Shown piece after piece: positions 1 through 8,087 of a DNA stretch of 18,075 nucleotides. Numbering within the stretch: position 1 is the stretch's first letter; every line of letters starts with the position of its first letter. The notes beneath the pieces were generated by a model. It was given only the letters and a program-made list of their open reading frames with translations. It was not told where the DNA came from and ran no database searches. Made by a program: the position numbers and the translations under genes. The stretch comes from Methanomicrobiales archaeon. Lineage in GTDB: Archaea; Halobacteriota; Methanomicrobia; Methanomicrobiales; Methanospirillaceae. Where the stretch lies: contig JBAXJR010000044.1 in NCBI GenBank assembly GCA_037137755.1, positions 1 to 18,075 on the forward strand, given 5' to 3'.

Positions 1-20
1 AGGTTCCGTTACTAATTCCA

Positions 21-200
21 TTGTATGTCTTTGATAAATATTATAATATAATTTATATATTGTATTAATAAAATATTATTACAATCTAATTCGTAATAGT
101 TAATTATTATTAGTTAATATATAAAATATATAACCTAAATAAGATAATATATTGGCTACAAATTGTACTATATTCTTGTTAATTAAAGGTAAAAAAACGT
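21..200. other. Extremely AT-rich non-coding tract
   Basis: Hand count gives 26 G+C in 180 nt (about 14%) and 11 in 120 nt over 31-150 (about 9%), far below the coding DNA. Contains the inverted repeat ATTGTATTAATA-AAA-TATTATTACAAT (59-85, 11/12 arm match). Confidence 0.85.
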
Positions 201-448
201 AGTAACAATTCAGCACAGCGGGAGGAGGAAGAATGCTGCAATCGGGTTTTTTATACCCGCATAGTGTTTATTTATTGTTGATTTCCACAGCATTTTTCTT
301 TCAAAAAACCAGGTTAAGGTCTATAAATGGATTTTATGAGGATAGTACCATATGATGGTGCACGGCAACCGGTACTGGCATATCTTCATTATCCACCCGA
401 TTTATCATTGATTTGTCCTCACAGAAAAGGACTAGGGGGAAACTCGAA

Positions 449-820
449 ATGCAACAGATGAAAGCAGAAATTGATAAACTCAACAACCAGGCCAGTCCGG
501 AAAGGTGGCAGTCAGTAGTCGCTCTTGAAAAGTCAGGGAAACCAGCAGTAGAGTACCTGGTAACCGCATTGAAAGACTCTGATAAATGGGTACGCTACGC
601 GGCAGCCGATGCACTGGGGAACATCGGTGATACCGCAAGCGTAGGACCACTCATCGGGCTCCTTGGAGATCATGACCAGGACGTACGGTTTGCAACCGCT
701 GAGGCACTCGGAAAAATCGGGGACCCGCGGGCATGCACCCAGCTGGAGCAGGCCTGCAGGGCTGACAACGGGTATGTAAAAATTGCAGCTGAGGAAGCGC
801 TGTCAAAAATCGTTCACTAG
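449..820 (+). CDS. Stand-alone HEAT-repeat (PBS lyase-like) protein
   Basis: Repeats 'LKDSDKWVRYAAADALGNIG', 'LGDHDQDVRFATAEALGKIG', 'DNGYVKIAAEEALSKI'. The ORF track starts at TTG 413, but ATG 449, preceded by GGGGA, is the more likely start. Confidence 0.9.
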   Translation: MQQMKAEIDKLNNQASPERWQSVVALEKSGKPAVEYLVTALKDSDKWVRYAAADALGNIGDTASVGPLIGLLGDHDQDVRFATAEALGKIGDPRACTQLEQACRADNGYVKIAAEEALSKIVH

Positions 821-1173
821 TTGCACGTCACAACAGTAATAATACCACACTCCATTTCTTTATTTCCTGCATTTTTACGCTTTCCTGGAACATAGTTCAT
901 GTTGACCTGTGTCAGGGATTAATTCCAGGTTTTACAATTATTCTTGTACCTTGTGAAAACAAATGGATGAATTATGGATGAAACAAAAGATCTTGCCTGA
1001 ATCATGCGGGGGATGCCAATGATGACAGAGTAGAGATTTTTTTTGGTAGCCCGGTTGCATGGCAGGAGGATTGATTAGCTACATCGTTCAACAATTCAGT
1101 CAGAAAACTGGTAAAAAACATACATTGATGTGGAAAAAGGACTCAACCGTTTGGTACAGGAAGTGTAACACGA

Positions 1174-1713
1174 ATGAAAAAGATCTATTATGTTAGCCTA
1201 ATCGGGATCCTGCTCTCCCTGGTTGCCATTTCCCCGGTGATTGCAATTTCTCCGGTAGCAACCACACACACCAATTATTATTCCTCCTCGGCGCTGCTCC
1301 ATCCGGAACAGGGCAGGTTTATCAGGTCTGCTGATGTTTTTACCCCGGTAAAGTCTGTATCCTCGTACAGCCGTTTTGCATCATACACCCGTATAAGCAC
1401 TGGTACTACCAGGAGGTTTACAGAAAGTGACAACGGTAAGACTGTTACCGTCACCAAGGGACAGGTTGTAAAAATCCAGCTCAATGAGAACCCGTCAACA
1501 GGGTACCGGTGGGAACCGTCTGTAAGTTCTGGCATTCAGATAACTGATGATACCTATGCAGCTTCAACATCCGGCCGTATGGGAGCAGGTGGAATCCATA
1601 CCTGGACCATGAGAATAACCGGAACCGGGACCCAGCATTTTGGTGCAGATTACAAGCGCTCATGGGAGACAGGGTCTGCTGATAATTATTCTATACAATT
1701 CGTTGTTGCATAA
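1174..1713 (+). CDS. Secreted chagasin-family (I42) cysteine protease inhibitor
   Basis: Signal peptide (MKK + hydrophobic stretch), then a Ser/Thr/Tyr-rich linker, then the three chagasin loops 'ENPSTGYRW', 'GAGG' and 'YKRSWE'. Confidence 0.9.
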   Translation: MKKIYYVSLIGILLSLVAISPVIAISPVATTHTNYYSSSALLHPEQGRFIRSADVFTPVKSVSSYSRFASYTRISTGTTRRFTESDNGKTVTVTKGQVVKIQLNENPSTGYRWEPSVSSGIQITDDTYAASTSGRMGAGGIHTWTMRITGTGTQHFGADYKRSWETGSADNYSIQFVVA

Positions 1714-1794
1714 CATTGGATTTCAAAAACCCTAAAAAACCAGTTATTTTTCTCTCCGCCATAGAAGAACTATCAAGATTCTTTGTGATTTTTA

Positions 1795-2050
1795 CTGGTT
1801 TGTTGAAAACCCTGCGTATTTAAAAAAATAAGATAGAATACGTAGACAGGGGGGATCACCCCTCCCCGGTAAGATATTCATTGAGCAAGGGTTCAATTGG
1901 GGCATTCAACGAAATTAAAGAAATTTGGAGATTATGCCCTATCCCAAACCGGGTCGCCAAAGCGGAGGGCCATGAACCCCGGGAACGTGATAAATTTTGG
2001 AATTACCTAAATCTGCAAAATAGATTTTAGAGGGTTTCCTATGAAACTGG
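1795..2050. repeat. Putative MITE-like or structured intergenic element with imperfect terminal inverted repeats
   Basis: Left end CTGGTTTGTTGAAAACCCT (1795-1813) versus the reverse complement of 2031-2050, CCAGTTTCATAGGAAACCCT. Several internal hairpins. Lies between convergent genes. Multi-copy status cannot be verified here. Confidence 0.4.
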
Positions 2051-2173
2051 CTGAACGAACCCCAAAGAAAGGAGATTATGAAAAAGGACATTTTCATGGT
2101 CAGCCTGCGAATTCTTCGTCCATGTGTGTTTCAAAAAAGCCTATTTTAAGGATTGTAGTGATCTGCGGGATCC

Positions 2174-2180
2174 AAAAAAA
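2174..2180 (-). terminator. Oligo-T archaeal terminator of the PEGA gene
   Basis: T7 on the minus strand 6 nt after the stop codon at 2187. Confidence 0.55.
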
Positions 2181-2186
2181 TAGGGT

Positions 2187-3869
2187 TTATCCTCTTTTCC
2201 GCCCGAAAAGGAATACCGCAACACAGCACATCCCGAGCGCTGTCAACACACTAACAGGGCTGAGTGGCTGGGTGGGTGCCGGTGTCGCAACGGGTGAGAG
2301 TGCCGCGTTAATCTGGACCGATTGTCCCGGGGCTATCTTTCCTGAAGTCGTGTAAGGTGAGTACCCGTCCAGTTTAATCATCACAGTGTAGGTCTGCGTC
2401 GAACCGATCGGTACATTCTGGAGTTCCAGCGGGGTGACACCCTTGTAGACATTGTTGATATAGACATCTGCACCCTCCGGTGTCGATAGGATTTCGGCAC
2501 TTGCTGTTCCAGCGGGTTGAGTCCCTGATGTCTGAAGGGTCGCAGCAACCTGTGCAGTCTGTCCGGCGACAATTTTGACCGTTGTCGTGTAGTCCTGGTA
2601 CCCGCTCTTCTTCAGGAGAACCGTGTAGGTAGCGGCCGTAAGATCGGTAATGTCAAGCGGACCCCCGCTCGAGGTCGTGACACCCTGGTAGTTGCCATTG
2701 AGATAAACCGCTGCACCTGACGGGGATGAGGTCACAAGGAGATCACCGGTACTCGGGTTCTGTAACGGTACCATGGTAACACTTGCATAGGTTGTCTGAC
2801 CGGCATTGACGCTGTAGGTATTTGTAAAAGTCTGGTACCCGGCCATTTTGAGGACAACCGTATGTGGGCCTGCATACAGACCCCCGACGATCTGGTTCGT
2901 TTCGCCTTTGTAAATATTGTCAATATAGAGTCCTGCACCTTTCGGTGTCGAGCTTATCGAAAGACTCCCGCTCTGCGTAACCGGGACGAGACTTGCATAT
3001 ACATTGGTAGTCCCACCACTCGTTACCTGGACATTACTGTTCGAATATACCTGGTACCCTGGCGTTGAGACCTGGACATTATGCCAACCGGGGGCTACAT
3101 TATAGAAGGTTCCGGATGTAACAAGCGAGTCCTGTCCGTTATCAAGGATTGCTGTCGCTCCTGAAGGGGATGATGAAACATAGATATTCCCGAATTGTTG
3201 TACCGGTGTCAGTGATGCAAAAATCTGGACTGTCTCTCCTGCCGCAGGATTTCCGGAAACCTGCTGGGTCCAGGACTGGTACCCGGTCGCCGATACGACG
3301 ATGGTGTGGCCCGGGGTACCGGTGGTACTTACATCGACAGTGACCGGGGTTGTCCCGACATACTTATTGTCAAAAGTGACCGTCGACCCGGAAGGGCTTG
3401 ACTGGATGCTGTAATATCCCTTTTCGCCACCTGGCGGCGGGGTTGCTGGCAGGGTCACGGGTATAGGGATAAGCTGTGCATTTACTGAGACAGTTCCCCC
3501 AGCCGGGGGATTACCTGAGTAATACTTAGACCAGGTCTGGTACCCATCCATTGTCACCGTTATGGTATGCCCAGGGGTACCGGTCACATATACCGTTGCA
3601 GTCGTTGGTGTTAAACCAACATTTGTCGCATCAACTGATGCCATTGCTCCTGATGGAGACGACGAGATAGCGTAATAACCTTCCTGGCCACCAATGGGAT
3701 TCGATACGGTGGGAGTATCCAGTGTTGTATACATCGTTACCGGATACGTCGAAATAGTTGGATATGTCGTTACCGGATACGTCGAAACATCTTCCGCTAC
3801 CACAGCTGATATCGTTGACAGTGCAACGACTAACACAAGCATGATTATGATCAGGTTTTTTGTTTTCAT
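2187..3869 (-). CDS. PEGA-domain cell-surface protein (6 PEGA-type domains) with signal peptide and C-terminal membrane anchor
   Basis: Six units begin with G-x-(Y/L/I)-x-(I/V)-x-S-x-P-x-G-(A/S)-like motifs (GYYAISSSPSGA, GYYSIQSSPSGS, GNIYVSSSPSGA, GSLSISSTPKGA, GDLLVTSSPSGA, ASAEILSTPEGA). N-terminal signal peptide. C-terminal Pro/Thr linker + PLSP + TM + RKRG. Confidence 0.92.
   Translation of the reverse strand: MKTKNLIIIMLVLVVALSTISAVVAEDVSTYPVTTYPTISTYPVTMYTTLDTPTVSNPIGGQEGYYAISSSPSGAMASVDATNVGLTPTTATVYVTGTPGHTITVTMDGYQTWSKYYSGNPPAGGTVSVNAQLIPIPVTLPATPPPGGEKGYYSIQSSPSGSTVTFDNKYVGTTPVTVDVSTTGTPGHTIVVSATGYQSWTQQVSGNPAAGETVQIFASLTPVQQFGNIYVSSSPSGATAILDNGQDSLVTSGTFYNVAPGWHNVQVSTPGYQVYSNSNVQVTSGGTTNVYASLVPVTQSGSLSISSTPKGAGLYIDNIYKGETNQIVGGLYAGPHTVVLKMAGYQTFTNTYSVNAGQTTYASVTMVPLQNPSTGDLLVTSSPSGAAVYLNGNYQGVTTSSGGPLDITDLTAATYTVLLKKSGYQDYTTTVKIVAGQTAQVAATLQTSGTQPAGTASAEILSTPEGADVYINNVYKGVTPLELQNVPIGSTQTYTVMIKLDGYSPYTTSGKIAPGQSVQINAALSPVATPAPTQPLSPVSVLTALGMCCVAVFLFGRKRG
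3734..3787. repeat. Perfect 21-nt direct repeat (33-nt period) inside the PEGA gene encoding STYPVT twice
   Basis: TCGTTACCGGATACGTCGAAA at 3734-3754 and 3767-3787. Confidence 0.9.
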
Positions 3870-3907
3870 CGTAGTCCTCTGTATAGTGTTTCAGTCTTTT
3901 CCTAGGG

Positions 3908-3927
3908 TTATATAGTAATCGATTTTC
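3908..3927 (-). promoter_or_regulatory. Putative BRE/TATA promoter of the PEGA gene
   Basis: Minus strand GAAAATCGATTACTATATAA ends about 39 nt upstream of ATG 3869. Confidence 0.5.
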
Positions 3928-4203
3928 TGTAATTCCCTTTCATTCATGGAGGGAAATACACCGTGAAATTAATATGTCTTGGTCTTTTTAAATATGGCTA
4001 AAAAGCCTGGATCACGCAATTCTATAACCTGATAAAATCTGATAGAGGATCTTTAGGGCCTTTGTACCACTCCGGATTATTTTTTTCCTTAATTACAATA
4101 GGAGTGATTGGAACAGACAAGCCAGGATAATGTTCCAACATCCGGGTAATAACAGAAGTTCAGAAAGCCACAGTCCCGCCTGAATTTACAGATAATCCAG
4201 ATT

Positions 4204-4211
4204 AAAAAAAA
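4204..4211 (-). terminator. Oligo-T terminator of the ABC operon
   Basis: T8 on the minus strand about 10 nt after the permease stop at 4221. Confidence 0.6.
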
Positions 4212-4220
4212 TGATTCTTG

Positions 4221-5312
4221 TCATTCAAGGGTACGGCGGTAGGTTATGATACCAAGAGTTATGGCTCCTGCAGAAAAGATTGCAAGCGCAAGGAGGTCAA
4301 ACCAGATGACACTGATGCCCTGCCCCCTGAGGATGATACTGCGAAGGGCCTGGATGGCGTAAAATTCGGGGTTGATTACGGTTATCCACCTGAGCCAGGA
4401 AGGCATCCCGAGCACCGGGTAAAAAGCACCACTTGTCATAAAAAGGAGCAGGTTAAAGAATGCGATTACCGATGAATATTCCTGCTGGCTTGAAAAACGG
4501 GATGCAAGTGAGACGACAAGGCTTGTAACCCCGATACTTGTCATAAATAGTACGAGAAGGACGAGGAGGAAATCTTCGGGGGCACGGATAATCACGCCTG
4601 CAATAAAAATGTCAACCATGAATATAATGAATCCTGCAATAAACGCCTTTACAGTCCCGCTCCCGATGGTTCCGAGGATAATGCTCGAACGTTTGACGGG
4701 GGTGACAAAATACCCCTCGATGATCCCCATCTCACGGTCCCTGATTAAGGCCAGCCCGCCACCAAACATCGTCGTCATGAAAATTGCCATAACAATCACA
4801 CCGACCCCGAAAAACTGGAGGTAATCAATGATACCATAGACGTTTACCGCTTCAACAGGGTTTTTTGCGCCTGTTGCGACGATGGCCGCGGTCATTCCCG
4901 ATTGGATCAGTGCAGGGATGGTGTATTCTGAGCTGTCTATATAGAGCCGGATAGTCCGGCCTGGCTCAATATCAGAGGGAAAAACCACGTATGCCAATAT
5001 TTCCCCGTCAGCCAGGGCTTTTTTTGCAATGTCCTCGTTGGAAAATCTCTGGACCCGGAAGAGAGCCGGTTTATCAGGCTGGGTATGAAAATGTTCGAGC
5101 TTGTCTACCCCGGCAATATACAGGGGGGTGTCATGGACATATGGCTGCTCCTGGACAACACCCACCGGGATTGCCGTAATTGTTCCCCCTATAGCATTGC
5201 CAAAAATCAGGAGGTACATGATCGGCATGGCAAGCGTCATGACGAGCATGAACGGGTTACTCAGGAATTTTTTAAAATCCCTCCTGAATATTGCAATCGC
5301 TCCCCGCAGCAT
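4221..5312 (-). CDS. ABC-2 type exporter permease (DrrB/YbhS-like, with extracytoplasmic loop)
   Basis: N-terminal TM, about 120-aa loop, then several TMs with 'DREMGIIEGYFVTPV' and 'SGAFYPV..MPSWLRWITVINPEFYAIQALR'. Start overlaps the ATPase stop (TAATG). Confidence 0.92.
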   Translation of the reverse strand: MLRGAIAIFRRDFKKFLSNPFMLVMTLAMPIMYLLIFGNAIGGTITAIPVGVVQEQPYVHDTPLYIAGVDKLEHFHTQPDKPALFRVQRFSNEDIAKKALADGEILAYVVFPSDIEPGRTIRLYIDSSEYTIPALIQSGMTAAIVATGAKNPVEAVNVYGIIDYLQFFGVGVIVMAIFMTTMFGGGLALIRDREMGIIEGYFVTPVKRSSIILGTIGSGTVKAFIAGFIIFMVDIFIAGVIIRAPEDFLLVLLVLFMTSIGVTSLVVSLASRFSSQQEYSSVIAFFNLLLFMTSGAFYPVLGMPSWLRWITVINPEFYAIQALRSIILRGQGISVIWFDLLALAIFSAGAITLGIITYRRTLE

Positions 5313-6313
5313 TATCGGGAACCTCCCGGACTTGGAATATGTTCATCCGGGACCATTCCATCAAGTTTCTTACCCGTGAGGTACAGGAACACGTCTTCAA
5401 GCGAGGGGGACCGGATAGAGATGGATGTAATAGTGATCCCGGACTTTTCAAATTCGGCAATAAGTACAGGGAGGAGATTACTCCCGTTTTTCGCAGAGAT
5501 CTGAAGGGTCCCTTCCTTCTTTTCTACTGATATCACCTGGTTATGAGAGCGGATCACGGATAGGATGGAATCGTTAAAAGAATTGTACCCAAGCTCGATC
5601 AGTTCACCCGCAGGCATCGCCATTTTAAGGTTTTCCGGTGTGTCAAGTGAGACCAGGCGACCATGGTCAACAAAGGCAATCCTCTGGCACAGTTTCTCGG
5701 CTTCGTCCATGTAGTGAGTCGTAAGGATGATGGTGATCTTTTCTGTATTGAGCATGGATATCTGCTGCCAGACCTCGCGACGTGCCTCAGGGTCAAGCCC
5801 TATAGTCGGTTCATCGAGGAACAGGATCAGGGGCCGGTGGAGGAACGCCCTGACTATTTCGAGCTTTCTCCTCATCCCACCGGATAATGTGCTGACCCGG
5901 GAATGGGCACGGTCAGAAAGATCGGCCATCCGGAGCAACTCCCATATCCGCTCATCAAGAACACTGTCATCGACATTTACCAGTTTACCATAAAATTCCA
6001 GGTTATCATACGCGGTCAGCTCAATATCGAGGGTACTGTTCTGGGGGCATACACCGATAATACCCCGGACTTTTTCATCGTCTTTTGTTACCTCGTAGAT
6101 ATCGAGAAATGCCCTTCCGCTACTGGGTCTCATCAGCGTGGTAAGGATGCGGATCAGGGTGCTTTTCCCTGCACCGTTCGGACCGAGCAGCCCGAATATC
6201 TCCCCCCGTTTTACATTAAACGTTACATCATCGACGGCAGTGACACTCCCGTTACCGGTCCTGAAAATTTTTGAAAGGTGTTCTATCCTGATAATATTAT
6301 CATCTGCTGCCAT
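5312..6313 (-). CDS. ABC exporter ATP-binding protein (DrrA-like)
   Basis: Walker A GPNGAGKS, signature LSGGMRRKL, Walker B ILFLDEPT, H-loop TTHYM, C-terminal 'PSLEDVFLYLTG'. RBS GGAGG upstream. Confidence 0.95.
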   Translation of the reverse strand: MAADDNIIRIEHLSKIFRTGNGSVTAVDDVTFNVKRGEIFGLLGPNGAGKSTLIRILTTLMRPSSGRAFLDIYEVTKDDEKVRGIIGVCPQNSTLDIELTAYDNLEFYGKLVNVDDSVLDERIWELLRMADLSDRAHSRVSTLSGGMRRKLEIVRAFLHRPLILFLDEPTIGLDPEARREVWQQISMLNTEKITIILTTHYMDEAEKLCQRIAFVDHGRLVSLDTPENLKMAMPAGELIELGYNSFNDSILSVIRSHNQVISVEKKEGTLQISAKNGSNLLPVLIAEFEKSGITITSISIRSPSLEDVFLYLTGKKLDGMVPDEHIPSPGGSR

Positions 6314-6482
6314 GATCTCCTCCTGATGTCATAACAATTTTCTTAAGATCGAAAAACCACCTGGTCAGCCTGTGAGAGACCACATCCAGGTTGCTCTCAC
6401 CCTCATGAGGGAGTTGTTGTTGTGCCGGGCACCGGAAGAAAAAATCCCGGGGGTTCCGTTCCGACCATCTGAACAGAATCAT
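6300..6482 (-). CDS. 60-aa ORF inside the operon; possible gene remnant or deletion fusion
   Basis: ATG 3 nt after the COG1361 stop. The 3' end contains the ATPase RBS and overlaps the ATPase start by 14 nt. No recognisable domain. Confidence 0.35.
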   Translation of the reverse strand: MILFRWSERNPRDFFFRCPAQQQLPHEGESNLDVVSHRLTRWFFDLKKIVMTSGGDHGSR

Positions 6483-6485
6483 AAT

Positions 6486-7823
6486 TCAACGCGACTTTTT
6501 TCTTCGCCGGATAACCCCGAAATACACGACCGCAACGATAATAATGACAATAATAACAATTGCGTACGGGTTGGAGGAGACCTGTCTGACCAGCGAGGTG
6601 GGAGTGATATCCACTTCCAGCTTGACACGGTCCGATACCTGGTCGTTATTCAGGGCATCCCGGTACATTATCTCTGAATCGAGCCCATAAACCTTTGCCG
6701 TGGCCCCCGGATCTGCAGTAATATCGAAATATGCAGTTTTTTCCATACCTGGCGCAAGATCCCCAAGGTACGATGTATCATCGCTGCTCGTGAACGGGTC
6801 GACGGTAAAAACCCTTGCCTGCGCACTGTTCACCCCGGTTGTCCCGGTATTCCGGTACGTGACCGCAATCACCTTTCTTTCTCCCGGACTCATCTGCACA
6901 GGCGGAGAGACGACGATAAAAGCGATCTTCCCACCTACCGGAACTCCTAACGTAACCGTATCGGTAGTGACGATATCCCCGTCACGGTTTTTATACGTGA
7001 CAGAGATGTTTACCGGGTAGGATATTGCCTCGGCATCCCTGGATACCGATACCTTGTATTGTAGTGGCACGGTGGAATTTTTAGGAAAATCCCCGATATA
7101 TACACTGCTTGCTACCGGAACAACAGGGCTGTTACCATTCTGAACTAACTTGACGATAGACTCCCGGCCATCTTCATTGCCGTTATTTTTCAGGCTGATA
7201 TTCAGGTAGCCAGTGGTCCCTGCATTCAGGTCACCTGACCCGACAGAGGTAACATCAAGAAGGACCTCGGGCCTGATCCTGACCGGGAGGTTAAGTGTCT
7301 CTTCCTGTTCCTTGTAAAAATACTGGAGGAGATCGGTACCATACTGGTCTGCTCTCATCAGGTAGGTATAACGAATCGTAAGGGGGAGGTTGTAGGTCTC
7401 ATGGGGAGCATCAGGAGCGATTTTTACCTTGAAATTTGCAACCGTGTTACGACCTCCCAGCAGGTCACCGAGCAGCTGGGGGTCTGATTTAATCGTGACC
7501 GGGGCACCCCCTGACCCCAGGGTGACAGTCATCAGTTTAGCGGTATTTGGAAGATCAGCGGCGGTCAGCTGGTTCGGATAGGTAAAAACATACTCGAGGA
7601 GGCCGCTATTCTGTATCGTTACCGGGATGGTGATATCCTCACCCGGAGAGAAATCATTTGACCCGAGGATTGCCGCAGTCAGGTTCGGCCCCCCGCTTAC
7701 GAACCGTTCTCCTGCCATTGCAGGTGTTATTATCCCCATCAATATAACTAAGATAACCAGTATTCCGGGAGCATTTTTGAGTAGTGTACTCCTCATATTG
7801 ATATTCATAAGATATTCGTCCAT
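6486..7823 (-). CDS. COG1361 S-layer-domain family membrane-anchored protein
   Basis: Signal peptide ending 'TPAMA', repeated Ig-like units ('PGEDITIPVTIQNSG', 'LNISLKNNG', 'VTYRNTG..SYLGDLAPG..YGLDSEIMYRD'), C-terminal TM + RRRKKSR. Start placed at ATG 7823 behind GGAGG (the ORF track extends to 7892; ATG 7796 is an alternative). Confidence 0.85.
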   Translation of the reverse strand: MDEYLMNINMRSTLLKNAPGILVILVILMGIITPAMAGERFVSGGPNLTAAILGSNDFSPGEDITIPVTIQNSGLLEYVFTYPNQLTAADLPNTAKLMTVTLGSGGAPVTIKSDPQLLGDLLGGRNTVANFKVKIAPDAPHETYNLPLTIRYTYLMRADQYGTDLLQYFYKEQEETLNLPVRIRPEVLLDVTSVGSGDLNAGTTGYLNISLKNNGNEDGRESIVKLVQNGNSPVVPVASSVYIGDFPKNSTVPLQYKVSVSRDAEAISYPVNISVTYKNRDGDIVTTDTVTLGVPVGGKIAFIVVSPPVQMSPGERKVIAVTYRNTGTTGVNSAQARVFTVDPFTSSDDTSYLGDLAPGMEKTAYFDITADPGATAKVYGLDSEIMYRDALNNDQVSDRVKLEVDITPTSLVRQVSSNPYAIVIIVIIIVAVVYFGVIRRRKKSR

Positions 7824-7995
7824 TACATCCTCCTTGTACGATAATCCCTTATCCCATAACGTCACTTGATACTGTTTCAACCTTTTTGACATCAGATGTC
7901 TGGTCCTCCAGGACGGCCTTAACGGCGGGGATTCCTGTAATTGTAATGGATTGTACAGACTTCGTCATAAATTGATTGATGTGTTTCACCGATCG

Positions 7996-8069
7996 GTACT
8001 ACCTTCGTAGTAGAGGTTCACGCGATCAGGGCTCAAAAAAACACGAAGTGAGTACTATGGTGGGTACTA
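7996..8069. promoter_or_regulatory. Two related palindromic sites upstream of the COG1361-ABC operon
   Basis: TACTAC-CTTC-GTAGTA (7997-8012) and AGTAC-N8-GTACT (8051-8068). Both fit GTACTA-N5/6-GTA(G/C)TA. Confidence 0.35.
8035..8041 (-). terminator. Oligo-T terminator of rubrerythrin
   Basis: T7 on the minus strand about 46 nt after the stop at 8088. Confidence 0.45.
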
Positions 8070-8087
8070 TTATGCACCCGATCCATC

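Noticed and set aside
2041-2355. 104-aa plus-strand ORF
   Set aside because: Overlaps the PEGA 3' end antisense and starts in the repeat-like element; no domain features.
3734-3787. 21-nt direct repeat as a mini-CRISPR
   Set aside because: Only two copies with a 12-nt spacer, in frame within a CDS, and no cas genes.
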